NCBI GenBank assembly: GCA_944359085.1
Contig: CALVSQ010000001.1
Span: forward strand, 1 to 62,378
Direction of reading: 5' to 3'
Length of the DNA stretch: 62,378 nt
DNA from: an uncultured Bacilli bacterium
Lineage (GTDB): Bacteria; Bacillota_I; Bacilli_A; RF39; UBA660
Shown piece by piece: positions 1 to 9,001 of the stretch; position 1 is the first letter of the stretch, and each line of letters starts with the position of its first letter. The translations under genes and the position numbers were made by a program. The notes below the pieces were generated by a model. The model had not been told where the DNA came from. It ran no database searches and saw nothing but the letters and a program-made list of their open reading frames with translations.

Positions 1-43
1 CAATACCTAAAACATAAAAAAACTATATTTTATATAGGTTATT

Positions 44-268
44 TTGCTTTTTTATTCAAAAACTGTCAAACTTGGGGATATGGTTTCAGTTAAACAATTT
101 GAAGATGATGAAGATTATATTACAATTCAAGTATTAGTAGACGATAGTGTAATCGGTTCAGTAATCGGTAAACAAGGCGTTATTGCTAATGCTATTAGAA
201 CTATTGTGCAAGCTTCATCTTATGCTAATGGATTAAAAAAAGTAAAAATTAATATTGATTCATTTTAA
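44..268 (+). CDS. KH-domain RNA-binding protein (YlqC/UPF0109-like)
   Basis: KH core VIGKQGVIANAIRTIV. TTG start with in-frame stops just upstream, so the N-terminus is short for the family. Confidence 0.6.
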   Translation: MLFYSKTVKLGDMVSVKQFEDDEDYITIQVLVDDSVIGSVIGKQGVIANAIRTIVQASSYANGLKKVKINIDSF

Positions 269-346
269 GAAGATTTATCTTCTTTTTTATTGTATTAATT
301 TTTAATTTATAATATAATATTAAATAGGAAAGATTTGGAGGCATAT

Positions 347-1132
347 ATGAAGAAAAGAGTTATCAGCGCTATAATAGCTTTATTAATAAGTCTTCCTTTA
401 GTTTATATTGGTGGTGTTCCATTTTATATTTTAGCTATTATTATAGCTTTATTAGCGTTTAAAGAAATATTGGATCTTATTACTAATGACTATTGGATAA
501 GATTAGTTAGTTATATAAATTTTTTGTTTTTGATAGGTAATAGTATTATTCAAAAAAACTTTAGTTCTATTTTAGATTTTAAAGTTTTAGGAATTGTTTT
601 ATTAATATATGGGTTGTTATTCTTGTTTAATCATAAAAATAAAGAATTTAATGTTGAAAAATGTTTTTATTTAATTGGAATTACTTTATTTTTAGGTACA
701 GCTTTTGCAACTTTAATAATATTAAGAAATATGAGCTTGTATTATTTTATTTATATATTTTTAATTACTATTATGAACGATACTTTTGCTCATTCAATGG
801 GAACTTTATTTGGTAAACATAAGATAAATGAAATATCACCTAATAAATCTTGGGAAGGATGTTTAGGTGGCGCTTTTTTTGGAGTATTGATAAGTGTTTT
901 ATATTATTTAATAATTATTAATTCAGATATTGATATATTTTTATTAATATTTATTACTTTATTTTTATCGATAATTGGTCAATTAGGAGATTTATTCTTC
1001 TCACAAATCAAAAGAAGTTATAAAATTAAAGATTTTTCTAATATTATGCCAGGACATGGTGGCATGTTAGATAGATTTGACAGTGTTATATTTGTAGCTT
1101 TGGCTATCATATATTTTATTAATTTTTTATAG
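347..1132 (+). CDS. cdsA: phosphatidate cytidylyltransferase
   Basis: Multi-TM protein with signature SPNKSWEG...GDLFFSQIKRSYKIKDFSNIMPGHGGMLDRFDS. ATG 347 lies 7 nt after GGAGG; the track's TTG 335 is inside the RBS. Confidence 0.9.
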   Translation: MKKRVISAIIALLISLPLVYIGGVPFYILAIIIALLAFKEILDLITNDYWIRLVSYINFLFLIGNSIIQKNFSSILDFKVLGIVLLIYGLLFLFNHKNKEFNVEKCFYLIGITLFLGTAFATLIILRNMSLYYFIYIFLITIMNDTFAHSMGTLFGKHKINEISPNKSWEGCLGGAFFGVLISVLYYLIIINSDIDIFLLIFITLFLSIIGQLGDLFFSQIKRSYKIKDFSNIMPGHGGMLDRFDSVIFVALAIIYFINFL

Positions 1133-1142
1133 GAGATGAGTT

Positions 1143-2171
1143 ATGACTTTAATATATTTTATACTGGTATTAAGTATTACAATTTTTGTTCATGAATTAG
1201 GTCACTTTATATTTGCTAAGAAAGCAGGTATTCATGTTTATGAATTCTGTATTGGTATGGGACCTAGAATATTTAAATTTACAAGAAAAAATGATGAAAC
1301 TGAATATGGAATTAGATTATTTCCAATTGGTGGTTTTTGTGCTATGGCTGGTGAAGGCGTAGAAGATGATGAAGATGTTCCAAATGATAAAAAATTACAA
1401 AATAAAACATGGATGCAAAGATTTTTAACAATCGTTGCTGGTGTTATGTTTAATTTTATCTTTGCTTTAATTATATTAATTATTATTGGTTTTATAAATG
1501 GTAATCCAAATAATAAGCCAATTGTATCTCAAGTTCCTGTTGATAGCCCAAGTTATAATGCTGGATTACAAACTGGTGATGTAATTAAAACATTAAATGG
1601 TACTAAAATAAATACGATTGATAGATTGATGATTGAATATCAAATGAACTACGGTGAAACTTTAGAATTAGAAGTTTTAAGAGATGATAAACTAGAAAAA
1701 ATTAACATTGTACCAACTGAAAAAGATGGTGTATATTCATATGGATTTTCATTAGATTCAACTATTAGATATGGATTTTTTGAAGGTATTAAATATGGTT
1801 TTAGTAAATTCTTTAGTTTAATTGAACAAATGTTTTTAGTAATTACTTATTTAGTTACTGGGAAACTTAGTTTATCTAATTTATCGGGTCCAGTAGGGAT
1901 TTATAATATTGTAGGTGAATCAGCTAAAGCAGGATTACTTAATTTAGTTTATTTAACTGGTTACTTAAGTATCAATGTTGGATTTATTAATTTATTACCA
2001 ATACCAGCATTTGATGGTGGAAGAATTTTATTTTTAATAATTGAAAAAATAAGAAGAAAACCAATTAAACCAAGTGTTGAAAATACAATTCATGCAGTAG
2101 GACTCGCACTTCTTATGATTTTAATGGTCGCAATAACTTATAACGACATTGTAAGGTTTATTATTAAATGA
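1143..2171 (+). CDS. rseP: site-2 intramembrane zinc metalloprotease (RseP/RasP family)
   Basis: HELGH zinc motif in first TM, central PDZ-like segment, C-terminal NLLPIPAFDGG motif. Confidence 0.9.
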   Translation: MTLIYFILVLSITIFVHELGHFIFAKKAGIHVYEFCIGMGPRIFKFTRKNDETEYGIRLFPIGGFCAMAGEGVEDDEDVPNDKKLQNKTWMQRFLTIVAGVMFNFIFALIILIIIGFINGNPNNKPIVSQVPVDSPSYNAGLQTGDVIKTLNGTKINTIDRLMIEYQMNYGETLELEVLRDDKLEKINIVPTEKDGVYSYGFSLDSTIRYGFFEGIKYGFSKFFSLIEQMFLVITYLVTGKLSLSNLSGPVGIYNIVGESAKAGLLNLVYLTGYLSINVGFINLLPIPAFDGGRILFLIIEKIRRKPIKPSVENTIHAVGLALLMILMVAITYNDIVRFIIK

Positions 2172-2485
2172 TAACAATTAGTTGTTGTAAACATTATGAT
2201 AAAATAGTAAATTTCTTATATTTAGAAAATGATATTATGTCTAAGTTATTGATAGATTATTATCAAGAATATGTTTTTAATATTAAAAGCGAAAAGAGTA
2301 AAATAAAAGTAGATAATATTATGAATTTATATACTGATAAAGAAGATTTTTATAAATATGTTCAATTAAAGTTACAAGATGATATATATGATAACTATGA
2401 AAAAGTAATTAGAAAATTAGTTAAAATTTATAATGAATATGAAAATGATAAATTAAAAAAAATCAAAAATTCGAGGTGGTTATAA
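2168..2485 (+). CDS. hypothetical protein
   Basis: ATGA overlap with the rseP stop and TAATG overlap with the next gene. No recognisable motif. Alternative start at ATG 2237. Confidence 0.4.
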   Translation: MITISCCKHYDKIVNFLYLENDIMSKLLIDYYQEYVFNIKSEKSKIKVDNIMNLYTDKEDFYKYVQLKLQDDIYDNYEKVIRKLVKIYNEYENDKLKKIKNSRWL

Positions 2486-3384
2486 TGTTAAAAGTGGATG
2501 GAGTTACAAAATATTATGGTGATTTTAAAGCCGTAGATAATTTATCTTTTGAAGTAAAACCTGGAGAAATATTTGGACTATTAGGTGTCAATGGTGCAGG
2601 TAAAACAACAACTTTTAGAATGATTATGGGATTACTTGAACCAACTAGTGGTAATATTACTTTAAATGGCAAAAAAATAGATTATGATGTTACAGATAAA
2701 ATTGGTTTTTTAACCGAAGAAAGAAGTTTATTAACTAAATTAACAGTTAAAGAACAATGTATCTTCTATGGTGTTTTAAAAGGGATGAAAGAAGAAGATA
2801 TATTAAAAAGAACAAAAGAATTATTAGAAAAATTTGAAATACCAGAATATTTAGATAAAAAAATAAAAGAATTATCAAAAGGTAATCAACAAAAAGTTCA
2901 ATTTATAACAGCTATTTTAAATGAACCAGAATTATTAATACTAGATGAACCATTTAGTGGATTAGATCCATTTAATGTTGAAATGTTTAAAAAAGAAATA
3001 GTGGAAATGTCTAAAAAAGGTAGTATGATTATATTTTCTTCTCACCGAATGGAACATGTTGAATTATTTTGTAAAAAATTAGTTGTTTTAATGCAAGGTA
3101 AATCAGTTTTATCAGGAGAACTTAAGAAAATAAAGCAACAATATCGTAAGAAAAATATTTTAATTAAAGGTGATATTGATACTAAAGAACTAGAAAAAAT
3201 AAATGGTGTGGTTTCAGTTACTAAGAAATCTGATGAATATGAAGTTAAAATTGAAAATCAAGATATAGTTAAAGATGTATTTAAATATGTTAGTAAATGT
3301 GATAATGTAGTAAAATTTTCTGTTGAAGAACCATCTTTAAATGAAATATTTGTAGCTAAAGTAGGTGAATCTTATGAAAAATAA
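2485..3384 (+). CDS. ABC transporter ATP-binding protein (NatA/YhaQ-like)
   Basis: Walker A GVNGAGKTT, signature LSKGNQQKV, Walker B LLILDEPFSGLD. ATG lies 6 nt after GAGGTGG. Confidence 0.9.
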   Translation: MLKVDGVTKYYGDFKAVDNLSFEVKPGEIFGLLGVNGAGKTTTFRMIMGLLEPTSGNITLNGKKIDYDVTDKIGFLTEERSLLTKLTVKEQCIFYGVLKGMKEEDILKRTKELLEKFEIPEYLDKKIKELSKGNQQKVQFITAILNEPELLILDEPFSGLDPFNVEMFKKEIVEMSKKGSMIIFSSHRMEHVELFCKKLVVLMQGKSVLSGELKKIKQQYRKKNILIKGDIDTKELEKINGVVSVTKKSDEYEVKIENQDIVKDVFKYVSKCDNVVKFSVEEPSLNEIFVAKVGESYEK

Positions 3385-4690
3385 ATTAAAGTTTTTAATT
3401 GGTATGAGTTTAAAAAGAAAAATTAAAACTAAATGGTTCGTTTTAGCTAATATCTTTTTAGCTATCTTAATAATTGGTGTAGCAAACATTGACCATATTA
3501 TTACTTTCTTCGGTGGCGATTTTGATAAAGCTACTAAGATTTATGTAATCGATAATACTAATACTTATGATGTATTTAAAGCTAGTATTGATGCAGGATT
3601 TAAATTAACAGAAAATAGTAAGTATGAAATTATTAAATATGATAATTCTAAAGAAGAAATAACTGAAACAATTAAAACAAACGAAGAAGAGAAAGATTCT
3701 ATAGCATTAGTTTTTGATTATGATGAAGAAAACATTGTAAAAGTAGAAATGATTACAAATGGTTTTGTTGATACTTTAAATATGAGTTTAATTAATAGTG
3801 CAGTTAATTCTGTTAAAACTTATTTAGCAGTTGAAAAATTTGAAATAAGTGAAGAAGAATTATTAGCTTTAAATACACCTGTTACTATTGAAAGAACTGT
3901 TTTAGATGAAGAAAAAGACTCAACTGAAGAAAATATGGAAATGATAATGAGTGCTGTTTTCCCAGTTATTATATTACCATTTTTCATGTTAGTAATATTT
4001 TTAGTTCAAATGATTGGTGCTGAAGTTAATGATGAAAAGACTACTCGTGGTATGGAAATAATAATAGGAAATGTGTCACCACAAGTTCATTTCTTTAGTA
4101 AATGTATAGCTGGTAATTTGTTTATATTAATTCAAGCAGGTTTATTATTGTTATTCGGTATATTAGGTTTTATATCAAGAAGTTTCTTTGGTGATGTATC
4201 AGGTATTGGTGATGTATTTAATCAAGTAACTGGTATGATGAATAGTTTATTTACGCCTTCATTCATTGAATCATTAAGATATATAATACCATTAATATTA
4301 GTACTTATGATATTAACTTTTATTGGTTATTCTTTATTAGCAGGTATATTAGCTAGTATGACTACTAATACTGAAGATTTTCAACAATTACAAACACCTA
4401 TTATGTTAATTAGTTTATTAGGTTATTATCTTGCTATTATAGCTGGCGGTTTTAAAGGATCATTAATAATTAATATTTTAGGATATGTTCCATTTATATC
4501 AGCTATCTTAAGTCCATCTTTATTAGTTATGGGTGAATTTACTGTTATTGATGTATTAATTTCTATTGGATTAATGATAGTAGTTATATTCTTATTAATT
4601 AAATATGGATTAAAAATATATAAAGTAGGAATATTAAATTATTCTTCTGATAAATTATGGCGCAAAATGTTTAAAGCACTTAAAAACTAG
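3374..4690 (+). CDS. ABC-2 type permease (NatB/YhaP-like)
   Basis: N-terminal TM, large extracytoplasmic segment, then about five TM helices. Start overlaps the upstream ATPase gene. Confidence 0.7.
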   Translation: MKNKLKFLIGMSLKRKIKTKWFVLANIFLAILIIGVANIDHIITFFGGDFDKATKIYVIDNTNTYDVFKASIDAGFKLTENSKYEIIKYDNSKEEITETIKTNEEEKDSIALVFDYDEENIVKVEMITNGFVDTLNMSLINSAVNSVKTYLAVEKFEISEEELLALNTPVTIERTVLDEEKDSTEENMEMIMSAVFPVIILPFFMLVIFLVQMIGAEVNDEKTTRGMEIIIGNVSPQVHFFSKCIAGNLFILIQAGLLLLFGILGFISRSFFGDVSGIGDVFNQVTGMMNSLFTPSFIESLRYIIPLILVLMILTFIGYSLLAGILASMTTNTEDFQQLQTPIMLISLLGYYLAIIAGGFKGSLIINILGYVPFISAILSPSLLVMGEFTVIDVLISIGLMIVVIFLLIKYGLKIYKVGILNYSSDKLWRKMFKALKN

Positions 4691-4709
4691 ATTAATTCTA
4701 GTTTTATTT

Positions 4710-4794
4710 GCACAGATGGTGGAATAGGCAGACACGCAGGCTTGAGGTGCTTGTGAAGTAATTCGTGAGGGTTCGAGTCCCTTTCTGTGCACCA
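4710..4794 (+). tRNA. tRNA-Leu(GAG), type II with long variable arm, CCA encoded
   Basis: Hand-folded cloverleaf: acceptor GCACAGA/TCTGTGC, anticodon stem CAGGC/GCTTG, loop TTGAGGT, T-arm GAGGG-TTCGAGT-CCCTT. Confidence 0.9.
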
Positions 4795-4876
4795 AATTTG
4801 TAAAACTTATATCAAACTTGACTTTTAAGTGATTTTGATGTATCATATTGAAAATTCTTATGAAGGGGGAAATAAG

Positions 4877-5398
4877 ATGGAAAATATATTTTTTAAAGGA
4901 TTAGAAAAATCATTAAATGAAGGCTGTTATATTAAAGTGTTTAGTTGTTCAATGAGGTATCCTGTTGTTAGAGTTGAAAAGAAAGATAAAGAAACAAATG
5001 AAGAACAATTAATTTCATATGCTGAAAATGGTAATGTATTAGCCGCTCTTAATAGTGCTTCTAAAAAAATAATTGATGAAATATCAAAAGTGGATTGCGG
5101 AACGATTTTATTTTGTGAAAGAACTTTAATTGACAATGTTGTTGAACGAGGATATGATTTACATTTTTATAAATTATCTAATGGCCAAGTATTATCAACT
5201 ATTTGTCGTCATACTTATGGTAATTATATACCAATAAAAAGTATTATAAGTGATGACATTCAAAGTGGTTTTGAAATGTTAAATGCAACTTTACAACCTT
5301 TTGATTTTGAAAGAACTGAAGATTTTGATGATTTTGCTTATAGTCAAACTGACCTTGTAGATGAATATCAAAAAACTTTAAATAAAAAAACTAAATAA
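4877..5398 (+). CDS. hypothetical protein
   Basis: ORF with ATG after a GAAGGGGGA RBS. No recognisable motif. Confidence 0.5.
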   Translation: MENIFFKGLEKSLNEGCYIKVFSCSMRYPVVRVEKKDKETNEEQLISYAENGNVLAALNSASKKIIDEISKVDCGTILFCERTLIDNVVERGYDLHFYKLSNGQVLSTICRHTYGNYIPIKSIISDDIQSGFEMLNATLQPFDFERTEDFDDFAYSQTDLVDEYQKTLNKKTK

Positions 5399-5477
5399 GT
5401 ATTTTTATAATTATGTTATAATATAGTTAGTTAATAATTATTGCTAACTATTTTTATTATAATTTGAAAGGATTCTT

Positions 5478-5972
5478 ATGAAAATATTATATTGTTTTGA
5501 AAATAATAAATACCTAATTAAATTATCAAAAGATAATGATCAAATTAAAATAAATTTTGAAGGTTCTGATTTATATTTTGTAATGTATAATTATCATGAT
5601 GATAATAAGTTTGTTATAGACAATGAAAATGAATTATATAATTATTTTAAAAATTTATTTAATGAAATTAGAATTAATGACAATCCATATGATAAAATAC
5701 TTAATGATAACAAATTTATTTGGATAAGTGAAGATTATGGTGAATATGAAAATGCTAATAAATTAATCATTACAGAACTAGATAATAGTTATATTATTCA
5801 ATTTTATAATAATCCAAATAAGATGTTTGGAAATGCTAAGGTATGTCCTATATGTTTTTGTTTAAGTGGTAGTAAAAATCAGAATATTGTTAACTCATTT
5901 GCTATGATGTTTAATAATATTGTTAGTGAAAAATATTGTAATAAAAAACTGAGAAAGTATAATAAAAGATAA
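5478..5972 (+). CDS. hypothetical protein
   Basis: 164-aa ORF after a GAAAGGA RBS. No recognisable motif. Confidence 0.5.
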   Translation: MKILYCFENNKYLIKLSKDNDQIKINFEGSDLYFVMYNYHDDNKFVIDNENELYNYFKNLFNEIRINDNPYDKILNDNKFIWISEDYGEYENANKLIITELDNSYIIQFYNNPNKMFGNAKVCPICFCLSGSKNQNIVNSFAMMFNNIVSEKYCNKKLRKYNKR

Positions 5973-6066
5973 AAAAATTTATTAAATAAATGTTATTTTT
6001 AATCATTAATTACATAAAATTTTGGCATACATTAAAAAATGTGTTACAATGTGTATGGGTGATTAT

Positions 6067-6321
6067 ATGAACACAATCAATATAACAACTGCTAGACAAA
6101 ATTTATTTCAACTAGTATCTGATGTAAACAAAGAATTTAATCTTATTAAAATTATTAATAGTAAAGGTGAGAATGTGGTTTTATTATCTGAAAGTGATTG
6201 GCGAGATATAGAAGAAACAATTTATTTAAATTCTATTTCTGGTTTTGTTGATACAATAGAAGATACTCGTAAAGAAGAAAAATCTAAATGTAGCATCTAC
6301 AATAAAGGTGAAAAATGGTAG
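6067..6321 (+). CDS. type II antitoxin, Phd/YefM family
   Basis: N-terminus MNTINITTARQNLFQLVSDV...VVLLSESDWRDIEETIYL is typical of Phd/YefM. ATG follows GGGTGA. Confidence 0.8.
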   Translation: MNTINITTARQNLFQLVSDVNKEFNLIKIINSKGENVVLLSESDWRDIEETIYLNSISGFVDTIEDTRKEEKSKCSIYNKGEKW

Positions 6322-6400
6322 AATATAAAATAATTTTGCAGATAAGGATAAAAAAATATTAAAACAATTATGGCTTAAAATTAAGGTAAAGTATAATTAA
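6315..6400 (+). pseudogene. frameshifted, truncated RelE/ParE-type toxin remnant
   Basis: ATG overlaps the antitoxin stop (ATGGTAG). It reads MVEYKII, then needs a 1-nt shift at T-run 6334-6337 to continue ADKDKKILKQLWLKIKVKYN-stop. Confidence 0.35.
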
Positions 6401-6414
6401 GTAAGGTGAAATGG

Positions 6415-6888
6415 ATGAATAAAGAATATAAAATTATAAATAAAAATACCTTTGAAATTGTAGAAGATAGTGATTTTGTCGCAGTTGATAGTCAATTAGC
6501 TAAAGCTATATCAATATTAAATAAGAAAGGTTATTATGTTAAAATGTGTTCTAGAGCAAGAATATCTAGACCATTTTTAATAACTGATTTGATTTATAAT
6601 TTACAAAGTAAAAATTTATTAATAATAAATGAAGAAACTAAAAATGTAATAGATCAATTAGATTATGAATCAACTTTAATAATTTTTAAAGAGAAGTATA
6701 ATTTTAACAATTTACCTAAAAATTTTAAATTAATAGATACTGATTCTGAAAGCCATCTGATTTTTAATTTAAAAGCTTTAAAAAATACAAATGGTATAGA
6801 ACTAAAATCATTAATTGAAATTGATGAAGAACATAATAAAAGTATTAAAGATTTAGAAACTTGGGCAAAAAAATTGCCAAATATTTAA
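6415..6888 (+). CDS. hypothetical protein
   Basis: ORF with ATG after an AAGGTGA RBS. No recognisable motif. Confidence 0.5.
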   Translation: MNKEYKIINKNTFEIVEDSDFVAVDSQLAKAISILNKKGYYVKMCSRARISRPFLITDLIYNLQSKNLLIINEETKNVIDQLDYESTLIIFKEKYNFNNLPKNFKLIDTDSESHLIFNLKALKNTNGIELKSLIEIDEEHNKSIKDLETWAKKLPNI

Positions 6889-6903
6889 AAAGGAGGTTTA
6901 TGT

Positions 6904-7137
6904 ATGAATAAAGAATATGTAAGAGTAATGCTCGGTAGCTAGGAAAATTCTCAATTTATAACAGTAAAAAAAGGAACAAGAGTAATGCTATCTGATGGAA
7001 CTGTTATAAGGGCAGGTGTAACCTGTGAAGAATTTAGACAAGAAATGGATAAAAAAATTGATAAAATTTGTAAACAACAAGATTGTCATGAAAGATTACA
7101 AAAAGTTAAAACTAAAGTATTAAGTTTATTTAAATAG
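6904..7137 (+). pseudogene. small ORF interrupted by in-frame TAG (6940-6942)
   Basis: AGGAGG at 6891-6896 lies 7 nt before the ATG. Twelve codons are followed by TAG, then 64 more open codons in the same frame, ending at a terminator hairpin. Confidence 0.3.
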
Positions 7138-7156
7138 TATGTATAATACTATTTTT
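7132..7156 (+). terminator. rho-independent terminator
   Basis: Perfect 9-bp stem AAATAGTAT/ATACTATTT with a 5-nt loop, followed by a T-run. Confidence 0.5.
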
Positions 7157-7169
7157 AAATATTCAGTAT

Positions 7170-7198
7170 TTGACAATACAAGGTAGTTGATATATAAT
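7170..7198 (+). promoter_or_regulatory. sigma-A type promoter of the padR operon
   Basis: TTGACA, 17-nt spacer, TATAAT, about 18 nt upstream of ATG 7216. Confidence 0.55.
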
Positions 7199-7215
7199 TA
7201 TACAAGAGGTGAGAT

Positions 7216-7545
7216 ATGAACACACAATTTAAAAAAGGCGTTTTAGAGTTAATAGTTTTATTAGCTGTCAATAAAAAAGATATGTATGGTTACGAATTAG
7301 TTATGGAAGTATCTAAAGTTGTCGATGTTAATGATGGAACAATTTATCCATTATTAAAAAGATTAACTAATGAAAGATATTTTGAAACATATTTAGTTGA
7401 TTCTACTGAAGGACCTGCAAGAAAATATTATAAAATAACTGTTTTAGGAAAAGAAAGAGTAGAAGAGTTAAGAGATAATTGGAAGTTATTCGCTAATAGT
7501 GTTAATAAATTTATAAAGGAGAGTATGAAAAATGAACAAAAGTAG
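7216..7545 (+). CDS. PadR family transcriptional regulator
   Basis: KGVLELIVLLAV...MYGYEL...GTIYPLLKRLTNERYFE...ARKYYKIT winged-helix pattern. Confidence 0.9.
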   Translation: MNTQFKKGVLELIVLLAVNKKDMYGYELVMEVSKVVDVNDGTIYPLLKRLTNERYFETYLVDSTEGPARKYYKITVLGKERVEELRDNWKLFANSVNKFIKESMKNEQK

Positions 7546-8848
7546 TTTTATTAGTAAATTAAAGAAAAATTTAAAAATATTAGATGAAAATGAAGTTAAA
7601 GATATAGTTGATGAATATAGCGAAATAATTGATGAAAAGATAAAAAATGGTAAAACAGAAGAAGAAGCTATTAAAGATTTTGGTGATGTAAATGAATTAT
7701 GTAAGGAAATTTTAAAAGCTTATAAAATAAATCCTAAATACACTGATGATGATGTTAAATTTGATTTTGAAAATTTTATTAAGAATACTTCTACTAAATT
7801 ATCTAATTTTACAAAAGGTTTAGTTGAAGATGTAAAAAAACATGATGATATTACTTTAGATTTTGTTTTTGAAGTAATTATTAAAGCTATTATTTTGCTA
7901 GTTATTTTTGCTATCATTGGTTTACCTTTTTTAGTAGTATGTAAATTAGGTTATGCAATATTTGAAATAGCATTCTTCCCATTAAATATTTTATTAAGTG
8001 TTTTATGGGGCATGTTGATATGGATTTTATATTTTGTTGTTTGTGTTTTAATTAGTATTAGAATGTTTAAAGATAATATAAAACAGACAAAAAAAACAGT
8101 AAAAAAAAACAAAAAATTAAAAATTGATGAAGAAAAAAAAGAAGAAAATGTAAAAGAAAAAATAACAAAAGAAAATAAAATAAAAAAAGATGAAGTAGTA
8201 AATATATTAAAAGAAATAGCGAAAATATTTATCTTTATATTTATTATATTACCATTGATATTTGTTAATTTAGGTATCGTAATAGCTATATGTTTCACTA
8301 TTTATTATTTAATAATCGGAATTGATTTGTTAGGTATATTATTTATTTTGTTAGGCTTATTAGTATTTTTTGGTTATATTTCTAATCAGTTATCTAATTT
8401 GTTTAGTAAAAAGATTCAATTTAAATTTTATCCATTTTTAATATTTATTATTTTATTAGGAATTGGAATTATATTATCATTTAATACATTTAAAGATATA
8501 AAGTATATTGAATACGAAAATAATGATGTTTTAAAATATAATTATATTATTGAAAATAAAGTTAACTTATATTTAGAAGGCAATTATGACATTATTTATA
8601 ATGAAGATATGAAAGATAATGAATTAGTTATTGAAGTATATTATAATGATGATTTTGTTACAATAGATGAACAACAATCAAAAAATAGAATAGTAATTTT
8701 ATCAACTGATAAAGGATTTTCTAACTGGTACAATGATTGTATAAATAATTTAAAAGATAATAAAATAGTTAATTATAGTAAAGCAAGTGAATTATATTTT
8801 AAAGTATATGGAAATAGACAAACTATTGACGATATTAATATTAAATGA
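7532..8848 (+). CDS. PadR-associated membrane protein (DUF1700-like N-terminus)
   Basis: N-terminus FISKLKKNLKILDENEVKDIVDEYSEIIDEKIKNGKTEEEAIKDFG is typical of DUF1700. Multiple TM helices and a Lys-rich linker. Overlaps the padR stop. Confidence 0.7.
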   Translation: MNKSSFISKLKKNLKILDENEVKDIVDEYSEIIDEKIKNGKTEEEAIKDFGDVNELCKEILKAYKINPKYTDDDVKFDFENFIKNTSTKLSNFTKGLVEDVKKHDDITLDFVFEVIIKAIILLVIFAIIGLPFLVVCKLGYAIFEIAFFPLNILLSVLWGMLIWILYFVVCVLISIRMFKDNIKQTKKTVKKNKKLKIDEEKKEENVKEKITKENKIKKDEVVNILKEIAKIFIFIFIILPLIFVNLGIVIAICFTIYYLIIGIDLLGILFILLGLLVFFGYISNQLSNLFSKKIQFKFYPFLIFIILLGIGIILSFNTFKDIKYIEYENNDVLKYNYIIENKVNLYLEGNYDIIYNEDMKDNELVIEVYYNDDFVTIDEQQSKNRIVILSTDKGFSNWYNDCINNLKDNKIVNYSKASELYFKVYGNRQTIDDINIK

Positions 8849-8907
8849 AAAGACATATAAAATTTATGTCTTTTTTTAATTATTGTTATGATATAATTAT
8901 TATAGTT

Positions 8908-8983
8908 GCTGGAATAGCTTAGTTGGTAGAGCAACGCATTCGTAACGCGTAGGTCGTAGGTTCGAATCCTATTTCCAGCACCA
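8908..8983 (+). tRNA. tRNA-Thr(CGT), CCA encoded
   Basis: Hand-folded: acceptor GCTGGAA/TTCCAGC, loop TTCGTAA, T-arm GTAGG-TTCGAAT-CCTAT. TATGATATAAT box lies 10 nt upstream. Confidence 0.9.
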
Positions 8984-9001
8984 TTAAAAAGGAGTATGAT
9001 T

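Noticed and set aside
4655-4846. 63-aa minus-strand ORF from the track
   Set aside because: It lies antisense across the well-folded tRNA-Leu gene and has no RBS, so it is an artefact.
7951-8298. Minus-strand ORFs rich in Phe/Ser/Ile (7951-8298, also 7720-7917, 34349-34588, 61323-61637, 33612-33803)
   Set aside because: They are the antisense reading of Lys/Glu-rich (AAA/GAA) coding runs in well-supported plus-strand genes. They are low-complexity products with no RBS.
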